In this document: positions 16,030 through 25,896 of the stretch, piece after piece | How positions within the stretch are numbered: position 1 is the first letter of the stretch | Layout: the number at the start of each line of letters is the position of its first letter | Origin: Actinomycetota bacterium | GTDB taxonomy: Bacteria; Actinomycetota; UBA4738; HRBIN12 | DNA length: 64,000 bases | Direction of reading: 5' to 3' | Assembly: GCA_035697485.1 (NCBI GenBank) | Contig: DASSCU010000049.1 | Span: forward strand, 81,200 to 145,199 | Translations under genes and position numbers: made by a program | The notes under the pieces: generated by a model | The model's database searches: none | What the model saw: only the letters and a program-made list of their open reading frames with translations | Told to the model about the DNA's origin: nothing

Positions 16030-17031
16030 ATGGCCGACTCCCACGTGCTCGTCACCGGGGGCGCCGGATTCATCGGTTCCCACCTCGTCGACGCGCTGCT
16101 CGAGCGCGGCGATCGCGTCACCGTGCTCGACCGCCTCTCGGCCGGCGGCAGCCTCTCGAACGTCGTGCATCACGACGGCGACCCGCGGCTGCGGTTCGTG
16201 CAGGGCGACGTGTGCGACGCTGCAGCGGTCGACCGCCTCGTCGACGAGGCCGACGCGGTCGTGCACGCGGCCGCCGAGACGCACGTCGACCGCAGCATCG
16301 ACGAGCCCGCGGCATTCCTGACGACGAACGTGCTCGGCACCGAGGCCGTGCTCGAGGCGGCGCGACGGCACGGGACCCGCGTGCTGATGATCTCCACCGA
16401 CGAGGTGTACGGGCCGGGGGACGCCGCGGGGGGCCTGTTCGACGAGGACGCCCCCGTCCGCCCGCGCAGCCCATACGCGGCCAGCAAGGCCGCCGCTGAT
16501 CTGCTGTGCGCCGCGTACGTCTCGACCTACGACCTGCCCGTCATCGTGGTCCGGGGCACGAACGCCTTCGGCCCCCGACAGATCGAGCGCGTCGTGCCGA
16601 CGTTCGCCGTGAATGCGCTGCGGGGCCTGCCAGTGCCGGTCTACGGCCGGGGCCACCAACGACGCGAGTTCCTCTACGTCGAGGACTGGGTGCGGGGCGC
16701 GTTGACGGCCCTCGACCGGGGCGAGCCTGGAGTCGTGTACAACGTCGGTGAGGGTCACGAGCTGGCGAATCTCGAGCTCGCGCGCCGCGTCTGCGAGCTC
16801 GCCGAGGCGCCGATGGACCTGATCGAGTTCGTCGTGGACAGGCCCGGACACGACTTCCGGTACGGCGTGCGCTCGGACCGTCTCGCCGCGCTTGGTTGGC
16901 GTCCCGAGTGGGGGTTCGATGAGGCGTTGGCCCACACCGTCTCCTGGTACCGCGGCCACCTCGACGGTCTCGAAGCGGCGCACGTGGTCCCGGTCGTAAC
17001 CGCCCCTCGCGTCGCGGGAGGACGGGCATGA
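16030..17031 (+). CDS. rmlB: dTDP-glucose 4,6-dehydratase
   Basis: VTGGAGFIGSH Rossmann motif, STDEVYG, and the catalytic YAASKAAAD (YxxxK). AAGGAG lies upstream of the ATG at 16030. Confidence 0.9.
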   Translation: MADSHVLVTGGAGFIGSHLVDALLERGDRVTVLDRLSAGGSLSNVVHHDGDPRLRFVQGDVCDAAAVDRLVDEADAVVHAAAETHVDRSIDEPAAFLTTNVLGTEAVLEAARRHGTRVLMISTDEVYGPGDAAGGLFDEDAPVRPRSPYAASKAAADLLCAAYVSTYDLPVIVVRGTNAFGPRQIERVVPTFAVNALRGLPVPVYGRGHQRREFLYVEDWVRGALTALDRGEPGVVYNVGEGHELANLELARRVCELAEAPMDLIEFVVDRPGHDFRYGVRSDRLAALGWRPEWGFDEALAHTVSWYRGHLDGLEAAHVVPVVTAPRVAGGRA

Positions 17032-17873
17032 GGATCGTGGTCACCGGCGCTGGCGGCGACCTGGGACGCGCCGTCCTGGCGCGCATGCCTGGCCACCACG
17101 AGGTGTTCGCCTTCGATCGCGACGCCCTCGACGTCGGCGACCACGACGCGGTGCGCCAGGTGGTGGAGCCGCTGCGCGCCGACGCGATCCTGAACCTTGC
17201 AGCGTTCACCCGCGTGGACGAGAACGAGACCGATCAGCCCCGTGCCTTCCGGGACAACGCCCTCGGGCCGCAGCATCTCGCCCTCGCGGCGCGCGCGAGC
17301 GGCGCGGTGCTGCTGCACGTTTCCACCGACTACGTGTTCGATGGAGAGAAGGGCGTCCCCTACGACGAGACGGATGAGCCCGCCCCCTTGTCGGTGTACG
17401 GACGTGCGAAGCTCGCGGGCGAGCGGTTCGTGCGTGAGGTCGCCCCCGAGTCGTTCGTGGTGCGGGTCGGCTACGTCTACGGCGGAGGCAACGACTACCT
17501 CTCCCGCACGGTGCGCCGCCTCGCGGCGGGGGAACCGGTGGGCGGCCTCGCTGACCGCTGGGGCTCACCGACCTTCGTGGGGCATCTCGCGGACCGCATC
17601 CTGCCGCTGGTGCTCTCCGGGCGGTTCGGCCTCTATCACCTCGGGGGCCCTCAGCCGGCCTCGTGGTACGAGGTGCTGACCCGCGTTCACGGACTGATCG
17701 GCTCCGCCGGCTCGGTCGAGCCGCAGCATGCCGCCGACCTCGGCCTGCCGGCGCCCCGTCCGGTGTACTCGGCGCTCACGAGCGTGTTCACGACCCACCT
17801 CGGCATCGATCCGATGCCTCCGTTGGATGAGGGCCTCAAGGACTTCGTGGCCGACGCACTCGCCGCCTCGTAG
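17028..17873 (+). CDS. rmlD: dTDP-4-dehydrorhamnose reductase
   Basis: VTGAGGDLG, STDYVFDG and SVYGRAKLAGE (YxxxK). ATGA overlap with rmlB. Confidence 0.85.
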   Translation: MRIVVTGAGGDLGRAVLARMPGHHEVFAFDRDALDVGDHDAVRQVVEPLRADAILNLAAFTRVDENETDQPRAFRDNALGPQHLALAARASGAVLLHVSTDYVFDGEKGVPYDETDEPAPLSVYGRAKLAGERFVREVAPESFVVRVGYVYGGGNDYLSRTVRRLAAGEPVGGLADRWGSPTFVGHLADRILPLVLSGRFGLYHLGGPQPASWYEVLTRVHGLIGSAGSVEPQHAADLGLPAPRPVYSALTSVFTTHLGIDPMPPLDEGLKDFVADALAAS

Positions 17874-17915
17874 CGTTCCCGGCATGGGTGCGCGGCGTGG
17901 CCGGACGGAGCGCCG

Positions 17916-18464
17916 ATGACCGAGCGTTCGATCCGGCTCCTGCCCACGTCGGATCTCGGGCAGCTCGGCGGCGAGTTGCGGGCGCTGTTCGACGCGGCCT
18001 GGGCCGGGAAAGAAGACGAGTTCTCCGACACCGACTGGGGGAGCGCTCTGGGCGGTACGCACGTCCTCCTCGAGGTCGGCGGGGCGATCGCGTCGCACGC
18101 GTCGGTCGTCGAGCGCATCCTCGAGAGCGGCGAGCACGCGATGCGCACCGGCTACGTGGAGGCGGTCGCGACCTGGCCCGAGCAGCAGGGGAACGGCTAC
18201 GCGACCGACGTGATGGGCGCCGTCGCGAGGGTCCTCGACGAGCGCTACGAGCTCGGGGCGCTCGACACGGGCCTGACGAGGTTCTACGAGCGGCTCGGGT
18301 GGGAGGTGTGGCGAGGTCGAACCACCGTGCGAACGGATCGCGGCATGATCGGGACGCCGGAGGAAGACGGCCTGGTCATGGTTCGGCGCACGCCGACGAC
18401 CCCGTCGGATCTCGACCTCGACGCGCCGATCAGCTGCGACTGGCGCCCGGGCGACGTCTGGTGA
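17916..18464 (+). CDS. GNAT acetyltransferase of the aminoglycoside 2'-N-acetyltransferase AAC(2')-I type
   Basis: 182 aa. GNAT core (QQGNGYATDVMGAV) and the characteristic C-terminal SCDWRPGDVW, as I recall it for mycobacterial AAC(2')-I enzymes. Confidence 0.7.
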   Translation: MTERSIRLLPTSDLGQLGGELRALFDAAWAGKEDEFSDTDWGSALGGTHVLLEVGGAIASHASVVERILESGEHAMRTGYVEAVATWPEQQGNGYATDVMGAVARVLDERYELGALDTGLTRFYERLGWEVWRGRTTVRTDRGMIGTPEEDGLVMVRRTPTTPSDLDLDAPISCDWRPGDVW

Positions 18465-18477
18465 CCACCGCGATGCA

Positions 18478-18495
18478 CCACGGTTCCGCCACATG
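18478..18495 (+). promoter_or_regulatory. 18-nt element CCACGGTTCCGCCACATG, copy 2 (upstream of the GT4 operon)
   Basis: Exact repeat of 11765-11782, located 14 nt after the AAC(2') stop. Confidence 0.5.
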
Positions 18496-18502
18496 CCGGT
18501 GC

Positions 18503-18508
18503 TACGCT
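18503..18508 (+). promoter_or_regulatory. candidate -10 hexamer TACGCT, 8 nt upstream of ATG 18517
   Basis: TACGCT-CGGCGCCG-ATG, closely resembling TACGCT-TGGCGGC-ATG at 11824. Confidence 0.4.
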
Positions 18509-18516
18509 CGGCGCCG

Positions 18517-18936
18517 ATGACGCCGGACACCGATGCCGCCGCGTCCTCACCTTCCGACGACGGTGAGAGCGAGGCCTTCCGCGACCTCTCGCGCGAGATG
18601 TACTGGGCCCGCGAGACAGCGGCCCGTGCGCGCATGGAGACCCCGGAGATCCGTGACCGCCTGCACGACTTCGCCGCCCAGATGCGCACCGACGAGGCCG
18701 TCCTGATCCCGATGGGGGAGGGGAACCTCGCGTCGCCCTCGAAATGGCGCCGACAGCTCAAGCGCCGCCTCTGGCGCGTGATGCGCCCGGCGACCTGGCG
18801 CTACGACCGTCTGCTCGCCGACCACGCCGAGCTCACGACCAGCCTCGCCGAGAAGGTCATGGTGCTCGAGACGGAGGTCGACCGACTCAAGGCCGAGCGA
18901 GGGGACGCCGCCCCGCGAGGAGATCTCGCCGAGTGA
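18517..18936 (+). CDS. hypothetical coiled-coil protein
   Basis: About 139 aa with a heptad-like C-terminus (LTTSLAEKVMVLETEVDRLKAE). The stop overlaps the next gene's start (GTGA). An alternative ATG at 18493 lies inside the repeated 18-mer. Confidence 0.55.
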   Translation: MTPDTDAAASSPSDDGESEAFRDLSREMYWARETAARARMETPEIRDRLHDFAAQMRTDEAVLIPMGEGNLASPSKWRRQLKRRLWRVMRPATWRYDRLLADHAELTTSLAEKVMVLETEVDRLKAERGDAAPRGDLAE

Positions 18937-19982
18937 GGGTCGCGGTCCTGCACCCCCAGACCGCGTTCGTGCGCGGAGGCGCGGAGACGCACACCGAGGC
19001 CCTGGTCAGGGCCCTGCGCGACGCGGGCCACGAGGCCGACCTCGTGCAGATCGCCGGCAAGTGGTACCCGCCGAGCCAGCTCGCCCACCAGATGGCGGTC
19101 TGGCGCAGCTTCGACATCTCTGAGAGCAACGGCCTGAAGGTCGACGCGGTGATCGGACTGAAGTTCCCCGCCTACCTCGCCCAGCACGAGCGCAAGATCG
19201 TGTGGTTGATCCATCAGCACCGCACCGCGTACGAGCTGTGGGACCACCCCGACTACGCCGACCTGAAACGCCAGGACGACGGCGCGAAGGTCCGCGACAT
19301 GGTCTGGGAAGCCGACCGGGTCTCCCTGGGCGAGGCCAAACGGGTGTTCACGAACGCGAAGAACGTGCGCGACCGTCTCTGGAGCACGCTCCGCATCCCG
19401 GCTGAGCCCCTCTACCACCCCAGCCACGTGGCCGAGGAGCTCCTCGACACGCCGAGCGGTCCGCTGGGCGACTTCCTGCTCTTCCCGAGCCGCATGGAGA
19501 GCCTCAAGCGTCAGTCGCTCGCGATCGACGCGTTGAAGCACGTCTCGACCGACGTGCGGCTCGTGCTCGTCGGCCGCGGCCCCGACGAGCCACAGCTGCG
19601 TGAGCAGGTCGAGCGGCTCGGCGTGGGGAACCGCGTCACGTTCGAGATCGGCGTGAGCGACGAGCGGCTGCAGCAGCTCTACAGGGAGGCGCTCGGCGTG
19701 TACTTCGGGCCGTTCGACGAAGACTACGGCTATGTCACGATCGAGGCGTTCGCGGCCTCGCGCCCGGTGGTCACCCTCACCGACAGCGGTGGTCCGCTCG
19801 AGTTCGTCCGCGATGACGAGACCGGGCTCGTCCGTCCGCCCGACGCCAAGGCCATCGCCGATGCGTTCGATCTGCTCTGGCAGGACCGTGCCGGTGCGCA
19901 GCGCATGGGCGCAGCGGGCCATGCCCTCGTGCGCAGCGAGGTGCCGCGCTGGCCGGACATCGTCGCCCGTCTGCTCGATTGA
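18933..19982 (+). CDS. GT4-family glycosyltransferase
   Basis: VAVLHPQTAFVRGGAETH N-terminus and an E-x7-E region (EDYGYVTIEAFAASRPVV). GTG start overlapping the upstream stop. Confidence 0.8.
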   Translation: MRVAVLHPQTAFVRGGAETHTEALVRALRDAGHEADLVQIAGKWYPPSQLAHQMAVWRSFDISESNGLKVDAVIGLKFPAYLAQHERKIVWLIHQHRTAYELWDHPDYADLKRQDDGAKVRDMVWEADRVSLGEAKRVFTNAKNVRDRLWSTLRIPAEPLYHPSHVAEELLDTPSGPLGDFLLFPSRMESLKRQSLAIDALKHVSTDVRLVLVGRGPDEPQLREQVERLGVGNRVTFEIGVSDERLQQLYREALGVYFGPFDEDYGYVTIEAFAASRPVVTLTDSGGPLEFVRDDETGLVRPPDAKAIADAFDLLWQDRAGAQRMGAAGHALVRSEVPRWPDIVARLLD

Positions 19983-21373
19983 TGCGGACGATGCGCACGG
20001 TCGGCCGACGCCTGCGCCCTTCCCCGGCGGCCGTCGAGGTGCAGCACGGGCGCGGCCCCGGGTCCCGGGGCGACGTGATCTTCGCGGGCCCGCTGCCACC
20101 CGCCCCCACCGGCATCGCCACCTACGACCGGGCGGTGCTCGATGGCCTCGACCGCATCGGCTTCGCCGACCGCATGCGCATGGACGTCGTCTGGCCCGTT
20201 GACACCCAGGACGCCGGGCGGTTCCCGGGCTACCACCTCGGCGTCTTCCAGCTCGGGAACAATGTGGAGTTCCACCTCGAGATCTACCGCGCCGCGTACC
20301 TCACGAGCGCGTTGGTGGTCCTTCACGACCTGGCGCTCGACGACTTCGTGCGGGGACTGAAAGCGGCCGGCGAGCCCCTCGGATACATGGCCGCTCGGGA
20401 GGCGGCGCGTCTGCGCCGCGAGCTCACCGACCCCGACGTGCTCCGCAACGACCCCCTGCGCGAGCCGTGGTGCGCACACGTCGTCCGACGCGCGCGAGGC
20501 GTGATCGTCCATTCCGAGTTCGGCCGCCGGTACCTGGAGGGGTTCGGGTGCCGCACGCCGGTCTTCGTCGTCCCGCATCCGGCGATCGAGGCCCCGGACG
20601 CGTTCGATCAGCTCGCACCGAGGGCGGGCGAGCTGCGAGCGGGTCTCGGCGATCCGTCGTTCCTCGTCGTGGCTCCCGGCGATATGAACGAGGCGAAGCG
20701 GTTCGACGCCCTCGCGCAGGCGGTGGCGGGCCTGGGAGAGGGCACGCACGTCGCGATCGTGGGCCGTCGCATCGAGGGGTACGCCGTCGAACCGGTCGTC
20801 GAGGCGGCGCGGGCCGGTCGCAGGGTCAGCGTGCATGCTGACGTCTCCGACGCCGACTTCCTGGCCTGGCTCGCCGCGGCCGATGCGGTCGTCGATCTGC
20901 GCTTCCCGCACCGCGGCGAGGTGAGCGGATCGCTCAGCAGGGCGATGCAGGCGGGCAAGCCCGCGGTCGTGAGCGCGACCGGCACCTACTTGGACGTGCC
21001 GGACGACGCCGTGCTCCGTGTGGCGCCCGGTCCGACCGACCCCGCCGAGCTGATGCGCGTCTTGGTCCGCCTGCGCGACGATCCGGGCCTGCGCGGGCAG
21101 GTCGGCGCGGCCGCGGCGGCTCACGTCGCACACCTGCGCGAGACCGAGGCGACCGCCCGCGGATACGAACGGGCGATCACGGACACTCTCGCGCTGGTTC
21201 GTGATCCGGCCCGGAAGGCGATGGCGATCTGGGGAAAGGCGCTCGTCGACGCGGGCATCACCGAGGAGATGGTCGCCGAGGGCTACGGCATGGAGTACGC
21301 GAGGGCGCTCGGGAGCTTCCAGCCCGGGCCAGAGGTGCCCGCGCACCGACGGAACGTCGAAGGATCGCCATAG
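19982..21373 (+). CDS. glycosyltransferase (GT4-like)
   Basis: PPAPTGIATYDRAVL N-terminal sugar-acceptor domain and GEVSGSLSRAMQAGKPAVV in the C-terminal domain. TGATG overlap with the upstream gene. Confidence 0.7.
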   Translation: MRTMRTVGRRLRPSPAAVEVQHGRGPGSRGDVIFAGPLPPAPTGIATYDRAVLDGLDRIGFADRMRMDVVWPVDTQDAGRFPGYHLGVFQLGNNVEFHLEIYRAAYLTSALVVLHDLALDDFVRGLKAAGEPLGYMAAREAARLRRELTDPDVLRNDPLREPWCAHVVRRARGVIVHSEFGRRYLEGFGCRTPVFVVPHPAIEAPDAFDQLAPRAGELRAGLGDPSFLVVAPGDMNEAKRFDALAQAVAGLGEGTHVAIVGRRIEGYAVEPVVEAARAGRRVSVHADVSDADFLAWLAAADAVVDLRFPHRGEVSGSLSRAMQAGKPAVVSATGTYLDVPDDAVLRVAPGPTDPAELMRVLVRLRDDPGLRGQVGAAAAAHVAHLRETEATARGYERAITDTLALVRDPARKAMAIWGKALVDAGITEEMVAEGYGMEYARALGSFQPGPEVPAHRRNVEGSP

Positions 21374-21577
21374 CCTCGGACCGCGGCCGGGCCACCGCCC
21401 GTTGCTAGACTCGTCGCCGCGCTGACCTGCGGGTTCGCGCCCCACGATCCCACTCGACCGGAGTACATCGCCATCGCCACGACGACCGTCATCGAGCGCA
21501 CGTCCGAGGCGCCGCACCTGCGCCTCCTGCCGCGCCTGCGCGAACTCTGGGCGTATCGCGAGATCATCGCGAACCTC

Positions 21578-22369
21578 GTGCGCAAGGAGCTGAAGGTCAA
21601 GTACACGGCCTCGTTCCTGGGCGCGGTCTGGTCGGTGCTGAACCCGATCGTCTTCCTCGCCGTCTTCTCGTTCGTCGCGGTCGTGCTCGACAACCGCGTG
21701 CCCGACTTCCCGGTGTTCCTCCTGTCGGGGCTGCTCGCGTGGAACCTGTTCTCCGCGTCGCTCCTGTCGGGTTCGAGCGCGGTGATCGACAACGCGAACC
21801 TCGTGAAGAAGGTGGCCTTCCCGCGGGAGATCCTGCCGCTCGCATCGGTCGGCGTCGCGCTCTTCGACTTCGTGCTGCAGACGGCGGTGCTGCTGGTGTT
21901 CATCGTCGCGAGCGGCCACGGCATCGGCCCCGAGGCGATCGTGCTCTACCCCTTGGCATTCGTCACCCTCACGGTCTTCACGACCGCGATCACGTTGTGG
22001 ACCGCCGCGCTGAACGTGCGCTACCGCGACGTCGGGCACCTGCTGAACCTCGGCCTGCTGGTCTGGTTCTGGATGACACCGATCGTCTATCAGGCCGCGC
22101 TGGTGCAGGAAGCTGTCGCCGGCCGATCCGTGGCCGGCGTGAGCCTGTGGGGCCTCTACCTCGCGAACCCGCTCACCCCGATCGTGCTCGGGTTCCAGCG
22201 GGCCCTCTACGGCGACCCCGAACAGGGCGGCATGCAGGTGCTGCCCGACGTCACGGTCGCGTGGCAGGCCGGACTCCTCGCGATCGTGCTCGCGCTGGCG
22301 ACGGCGTTCCTCCTGCTGGCGTGGCGGACGTTCTTCCGCCGGTCGGGCGACTTCGCGGAGGAGCTGTGA
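21578..22369 (+). CDS. ABC-2 type polysaccharide/teichoic-acid export permease (Wzm/TagG-like); true start probably further upstream
   Basis: Six TM helices and the hallmark [24 protein letters not shown]. Family-typical residues ([11 protein letters not shown]) continue upstream of the first canonical start codon at 21578. Confidence 0.8.
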   Translation: MRKELKVKYTASFLGAVWSVLNPIVFLAVFSFVAVVLDNRVPDFPVFLLSGLLAWNLFSASLLSGSSAVIDNANLVKKVAFPREILPLASVGVALFDFVLQTAVLLVFIVASGHGIGPEAIVLYPLAFVTLTVFTTAITLWTAALNVRYRDVGHLLNLGLLVWFWMTPIVYQAALVQEAVAGRSVAGVSLWGLYLANPLTPIVLGFQRALYGDPEQGGMQVLPDVTVAWQAGLLAIVLALATAFLLLAWRTFFRRSGDFAEEL

Positions 22370-23538
22370 CGAGCGCGGTCGAGGTCGAGGGCGTCTCGAA
22401 GCGCTTCCGGCTCTACCGGGAGCGGCCGAGCAGCGTGAAGCAGCGCCTGCTCGTCACCCGCTCGAAGGCCGAGGACTTCTGGGCGTTGCGCGACATCTCC
22501 GTCTCGATCGAGGAAGGCTCCTCGATCGGCCTGATCGGGCACAACGGCTCGGGCAAGACAACGCTGCTGAAGTGCGTCGCCGGCATCCTGCGGCCGAGCG
22601 AGGGCACGATCCGCTCCCGAGGGCGCATGGCCGCGCTGCTCGAGCTCGGCGCCGGGTTCCACCCCGAGCTCACGGGCCGCGAGAACGTCTACCTGAACGC
22701 GTCGTTCCTCGGACTCACCCGGCGCGACACCGAGCGGGTCTACGACGACATCGTGGCGTTCGCCGAGCTCGAGGACTTCATGGACAACCAGGTGAAGTTC
22801 TACTCCTCGGGCATGCTCGTCCGGCTGGGGTTCGCGGTCGCCGTGCACGTCGACCCCGAGATCCTGCTGATCGACGAGGTGCTCGCGGTCGGTGACGAGG
22901 CGTTCCAGCAACGGTGCATCGACCGGGTGCGCGGATTCCAGCGCGACGGCCGCACGATCGTGCTCGTCACCCACGCGCTCGACACGGTCGTCGACGTCTG
23001 CGACCGCGCCGTGATGCTCGACCACGGCGTGCTGCACATGAGCGGCGAGCCGGCCGACGTCGTGCGAGAGCTGCGCCATCGGCTGCTGAGCCGTGACCCG
23101 CACTTCGTGGCGGAGGAGGGAAGCCGCGAGGTCGAGGTGAAGGCGGTGAGCTTCGACTCAGGCGGCGACGGCAACGGCACCGTGTGGCCGGGAGCCGAGT
23201 TCAGGATCGCCGTCGACGTGGAATCGAACACCCCGGTGCCCGATCTCGACGTCTCCTTCGCCGTGGTCTCGGCTGCCACGAACCACCCGGTCGTCGAAGG
23301 GCGCACGAGCGCGATGGGCATGGAACTCGGGCCGGTCGACGGCAAGAAGCGGGTGGTCTTCCGGGTGCCCCCGGCCGAGTGGGTGGGCGGCAAGTACTTC
23401 GTCACGGTCGGGCTCGAGTCGCTCGAGGGCCGTCCGTACCACATCCAGACGCAGCGGTACCTGGTCCAGGTGCCCGTCGACGTCCAGGTGCCCAAGCGCC
23501 TCGAGGTCGAACCCGTCGCCACGGTGGAGGATCTGTGA
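22366..23538 (+). CDS. ABC exporter ATPase (Wzt/TagH-like) with C-terminal beta-sandwich extension
   Basis: Walker [10 protein letters not shown], signature [12 protein letters not shown], Walker B ILLIDE, and an extra C-terminal domain of about 140 aa. GTGA overlap with the permease gene. Confidence 0.9.
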   Translation: MTSAVEVEGVSKRFRLYRERPSSVKQRLLVTRSKAEDFWALRDISVSIEEGSSIGLIGHNGSGKTTLLKCVAGILRPSEGTIRSRGRMAALLELGAGFHPELTGRENVYLNASFLGLTRRDTERVYDDIVAFAELEDFMDNQVKFYSSGMLVRLGFAVAVHVDPEILLIDEVLAVGDEAFQQRCIDRVRGFQRDGRTIVLVTHALDTVVDVCDRAVMLDHGVLHMSGEPADVVRELRHRLLSRDPHFVAEEGSREVEVKAVSFDSGGDGNGTVWPGAEFRIAVDVESNTPVPDLDVSFAVVSAATNHPVVEGRTSAMGMELGPVDGKKRVVFRVPPAEWVGGKYFVTVGLESLEGRPYHIQTQRYLVQVPVDVQVPKRLEVEPVATVEDL

Positions 23539-23630
23539 ACCCGAATCCCCCCGTCACCGATCGCGAGGCGCATGATGCGCACCTCGCCGAGCGCACCGCA
23601 GGCCAACCTGCCGGAAGGAAGGACCGCACG

Positions 23631-24002
23631 ATGTTGATCGGTTTGATCCTGCTGTCGGTGGTCCTCGCGGCCGTCGCCCAGCTCACCCTGAAGCACGGCA
23701 TGAACCAGGTCGCAGCCAGCACCGGCGAGCTGCAGCTGAACACACATTCGTTGAAGGATGTCGCGTCGACCTGGGCGGTGTGGGGGGGGCTGCTGCTGTT
23801 CGGGCTGTCGGCCTTCGTCTGGCTCGCGGTGCTCTCCCGTGCGTCGCTCTCGTTCGCGTATCCCTTCGCGTCGCTGACCTACGCCCTGATCCTGTTGGCC
23901 GACCGGTTCCTGCTGCACGAGCAGATCCCGCCGCTGCGATGGGCCGGGGTCTTCTTCATCATGCTCGGCATCGTGCTCGTGGCGCAGACACCCCACCAGT
24001 GA
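23631..24002 (+). CDS. small 4-TM EamA/SMR-like membrane protein (ArnE/ArnF-like candidate lipid-linked sugar flippase)
   Basis: 123 aa with four hydrophobic helices. GGAAGGAAGGA lies upstream of the ATG at 23631. An alternative GTG at 23535 overlaps the Wzt stop. Confidence 0.6.
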   Translation: MLIGLILLSVVLAAVAQLTLKHGMNQVAASTGELQLNTHSLKDVASTWAVWGGLLLFGLSAFVWLAVLSRASLSFAYPFASLTYALILLADRFLLHEQIPPLRWAGVFFIMLGIVLVAQTPHQ

Positions 24003-24880
24003 CGGTCACCGTCGCCCCCGAGGCCGCCGAGCTCGCGGTCGTGATCGTGAACTACAACGCCGGTGCGTTCCTCGATCGCTGCCTCGCTTCGCTCGAGCGG
24101 CACCGCGGGGACGTCACGCTCGACGTGCTCGTGATCGACAATGCGTCGGTCGACGGTTCGCACACCGCGGCGGCCGCCGCGCATCCGTGGGCCAGGTTGA
24201 TCGAGAACCCCACGAACGTGTTCCTCTCGCCGGCATGGAACCAGGGCATCCGCGAGACCGTCGCCCCATACGTGCTGCTCCTGAACCCCGATGTCGAATG
24301 GTGGAAGGGCACGCTCGCCGAGTTCGTGGGGGTGGCGCGGACGCATCCGCGCGCCGGCATCGTCGGGCCGCTCGTGCGCAACTCGGACGGCACGATCTAC
24401 GAGAGCGGACGTTCGTTCCCGAGCGTGGTCGACGCCGTCGGACACGCTTTCCTGGGCTCGGTGTGGCCCGGGAATCCCTTCACTCGCCGCTACCACATGG
24501 ACGGGTGGGACCGCCTGTCGGAGCGTGCCGTGGACTGGGTCAGCGGCTGTTGCATGCTGTGCCCGCGCGAGGCCGTCGACCAGGTAGGGCTCTTCGACGA
24601 GGCGTTCGCGCTCTACGGCGAGGAGCTCGATATCGCCACGCGGCTGCGCGAGACTGGGTGGTCGGCCCTGTACACGCCGCAGGTCGAGATCGTGCACGAG
24701 ATCGGGGTTTCGACGGGACGGAGCAGCGAGATGCTCCGGATGCACTCCGACAGCATCTACCGTTACTACCGCAAGCACCGCGCCTCCGGGTGGCGGCGAG
24801 CGACCCTGCCGGCGGCGTGGGCGGTCCTGCGGCTGCGCGCCGAGCTCGAGGCTCAACGAGGGAGGCTCACGACACGATGA
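23999..24880 (+). CDS. GT2-family glycosyltransferase (WbbL-like rhamnosyltransferase type)
   Basis: AVVIVNYNAGAFLDRCL, VIDNASVDGS and the LLLNPDV motif set. GTGA overlap upstream and ATGA overlap downstream. Confidence 0.8.
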   Translation: MTVTVAPEAAELAVVIVNYNAGAFLDRCLASLERHRGDVTLDVLVIDNASVDGSHTAAAAAHPWARLIENPTNVFLSPAWNQGIRETVAPYVLLLNPDVEWWKGTLAEFVGVARTHPRAGIVGPLVRNSDGTIYESGRSFPSVVDAVGHAFLGSVWPGNPFTRRYHMDGWDRLSERAVDWVSGCCMLCPREAVDQVGLFDEAFALYGEELDIATRLRETGWSALYTPQVEIVHEIGVSTGRSSEMLRMHSDSIYRYYRKHRASGWRRATLPAAWAVLRLRAELEAQRGRLTTR

Positions 24881-25896
24881 AGGCCGTCGTCCTGGTCGGG
24901 GGAGAGGGCACGCGCATGCGACCGCTCACCGAGACCGTGCCGAAACCCTTGCTGCCTTTGATGGACCGGCGCTCTCTCGATCACGTGCTCGATCACGTGG
25001 CGCGCCACGGGGTGCACGAGGTCGTGCTCTCCTCCCCCTACCTCGAGGAGGTGTTCCACCCGTTCATCGAGGCTCGCCACGGCGACCCGAGCATCATGTG
25101 GATCACCGAGACGCACGCCCTCGGCACGGGCGGCGCGATCGTGAACGCGCTCGAGGCCGTGGGCAGCGAACCGTTCTTCGCACTGAACGGCGACATCCTC
25201 ACCGATCTCGACCTCACGGCCATGAGGGCGTTCCACGTTTCGAACGACGCGGCGGTGACGATCGCTCTGCACCACGTCGACGACGCTCGCGCCTTCGGAC
25301 TGGTGGCGACCGATGCTGCGGGGAAGGTGCTGGAGTTCCGCGAGAAGCCCGAGGATCCGATCCCCGGCGACGTGAACGCCGGCACGTACCTCCTCGACCC
25401 TGCCGTGCTGCGCGGCTGGACACCGGGCGCGACCGTCTCGATCGAGCGGGACATCTTCCCTGCGGTGATCGACGCCGGCCATCCGGTCTACGGGTACGTG
25501 GCCGACGCCTACTGGCTCGACCTCGGCACGCCCGAGAAGTACCTGCAGGCCCACTTCGACATGTTCGAGGGCAGGGTGCACGACGTGACATATCCGGCGC
25601 CGTGGATCGCCGAGGGTGCCGTCGTCGACCTGCGGGCCCACCTCGGCCGCTGGGTGGCGGTGGGCCGGGGCGCGACGGTCGGCGCCGATGCGCAGGTCGA
25701 CGACTCCGTCCTGCACGAGGGAGCGCGGATCGGTGCCGGCGCCCGGGTGAGCGGTTCGGTGCTCGCGGCGAACGCGACGATCGGCGAAGGCGCGATCGTC
25801 ACTTCGAGCGTGCTCGGCGAGGGCAGCGTCGTGCCGACCGGGGCACGCCTGGCCGACGCGAAGGTGCCGTCGGGCACGGAGGCCACGGCATCGTGA
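24877..25896 (+). CDS. NDP-hexose pyrophosphorylase (mannose-1-phosphate guanylyltransferase-like)
   Basis: AVVLVGGEGTRMRPLTETVPKPLLP, GTGGAI, NGDILTD and C-terminal hexapeptide repeats. Confidence 0.85.
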   Translation: MKAVVLVGGEGTRMRPLTETVPKPLLPLMDRRSLDHVLDHVARHGVHEVVLSSPYLEEVFHPFIEARHGDPSIMWITETHALGTGGAIVNALEAVGSEPFFALNGDILTDLDLTAMRAFHVSNDAAVTIALHHVDDARAFGLVATDAAGKVLEFREKPEDPIPGDVNAGTYLLDPAVLRGWTPGATVSIERDIFPAVIDAGHPVYGYVADAYWLDLGTPEKYLQAHFDMFEGRVHDVTYPAPWIAEGAVVDLRAHLGRWVAVGRGATVGADAQVDDSVLHEGARIGAGARVSGSVLAANATIGEGAIVTSSVLGEGSVVPTGARLADAKVPSGTEATAS

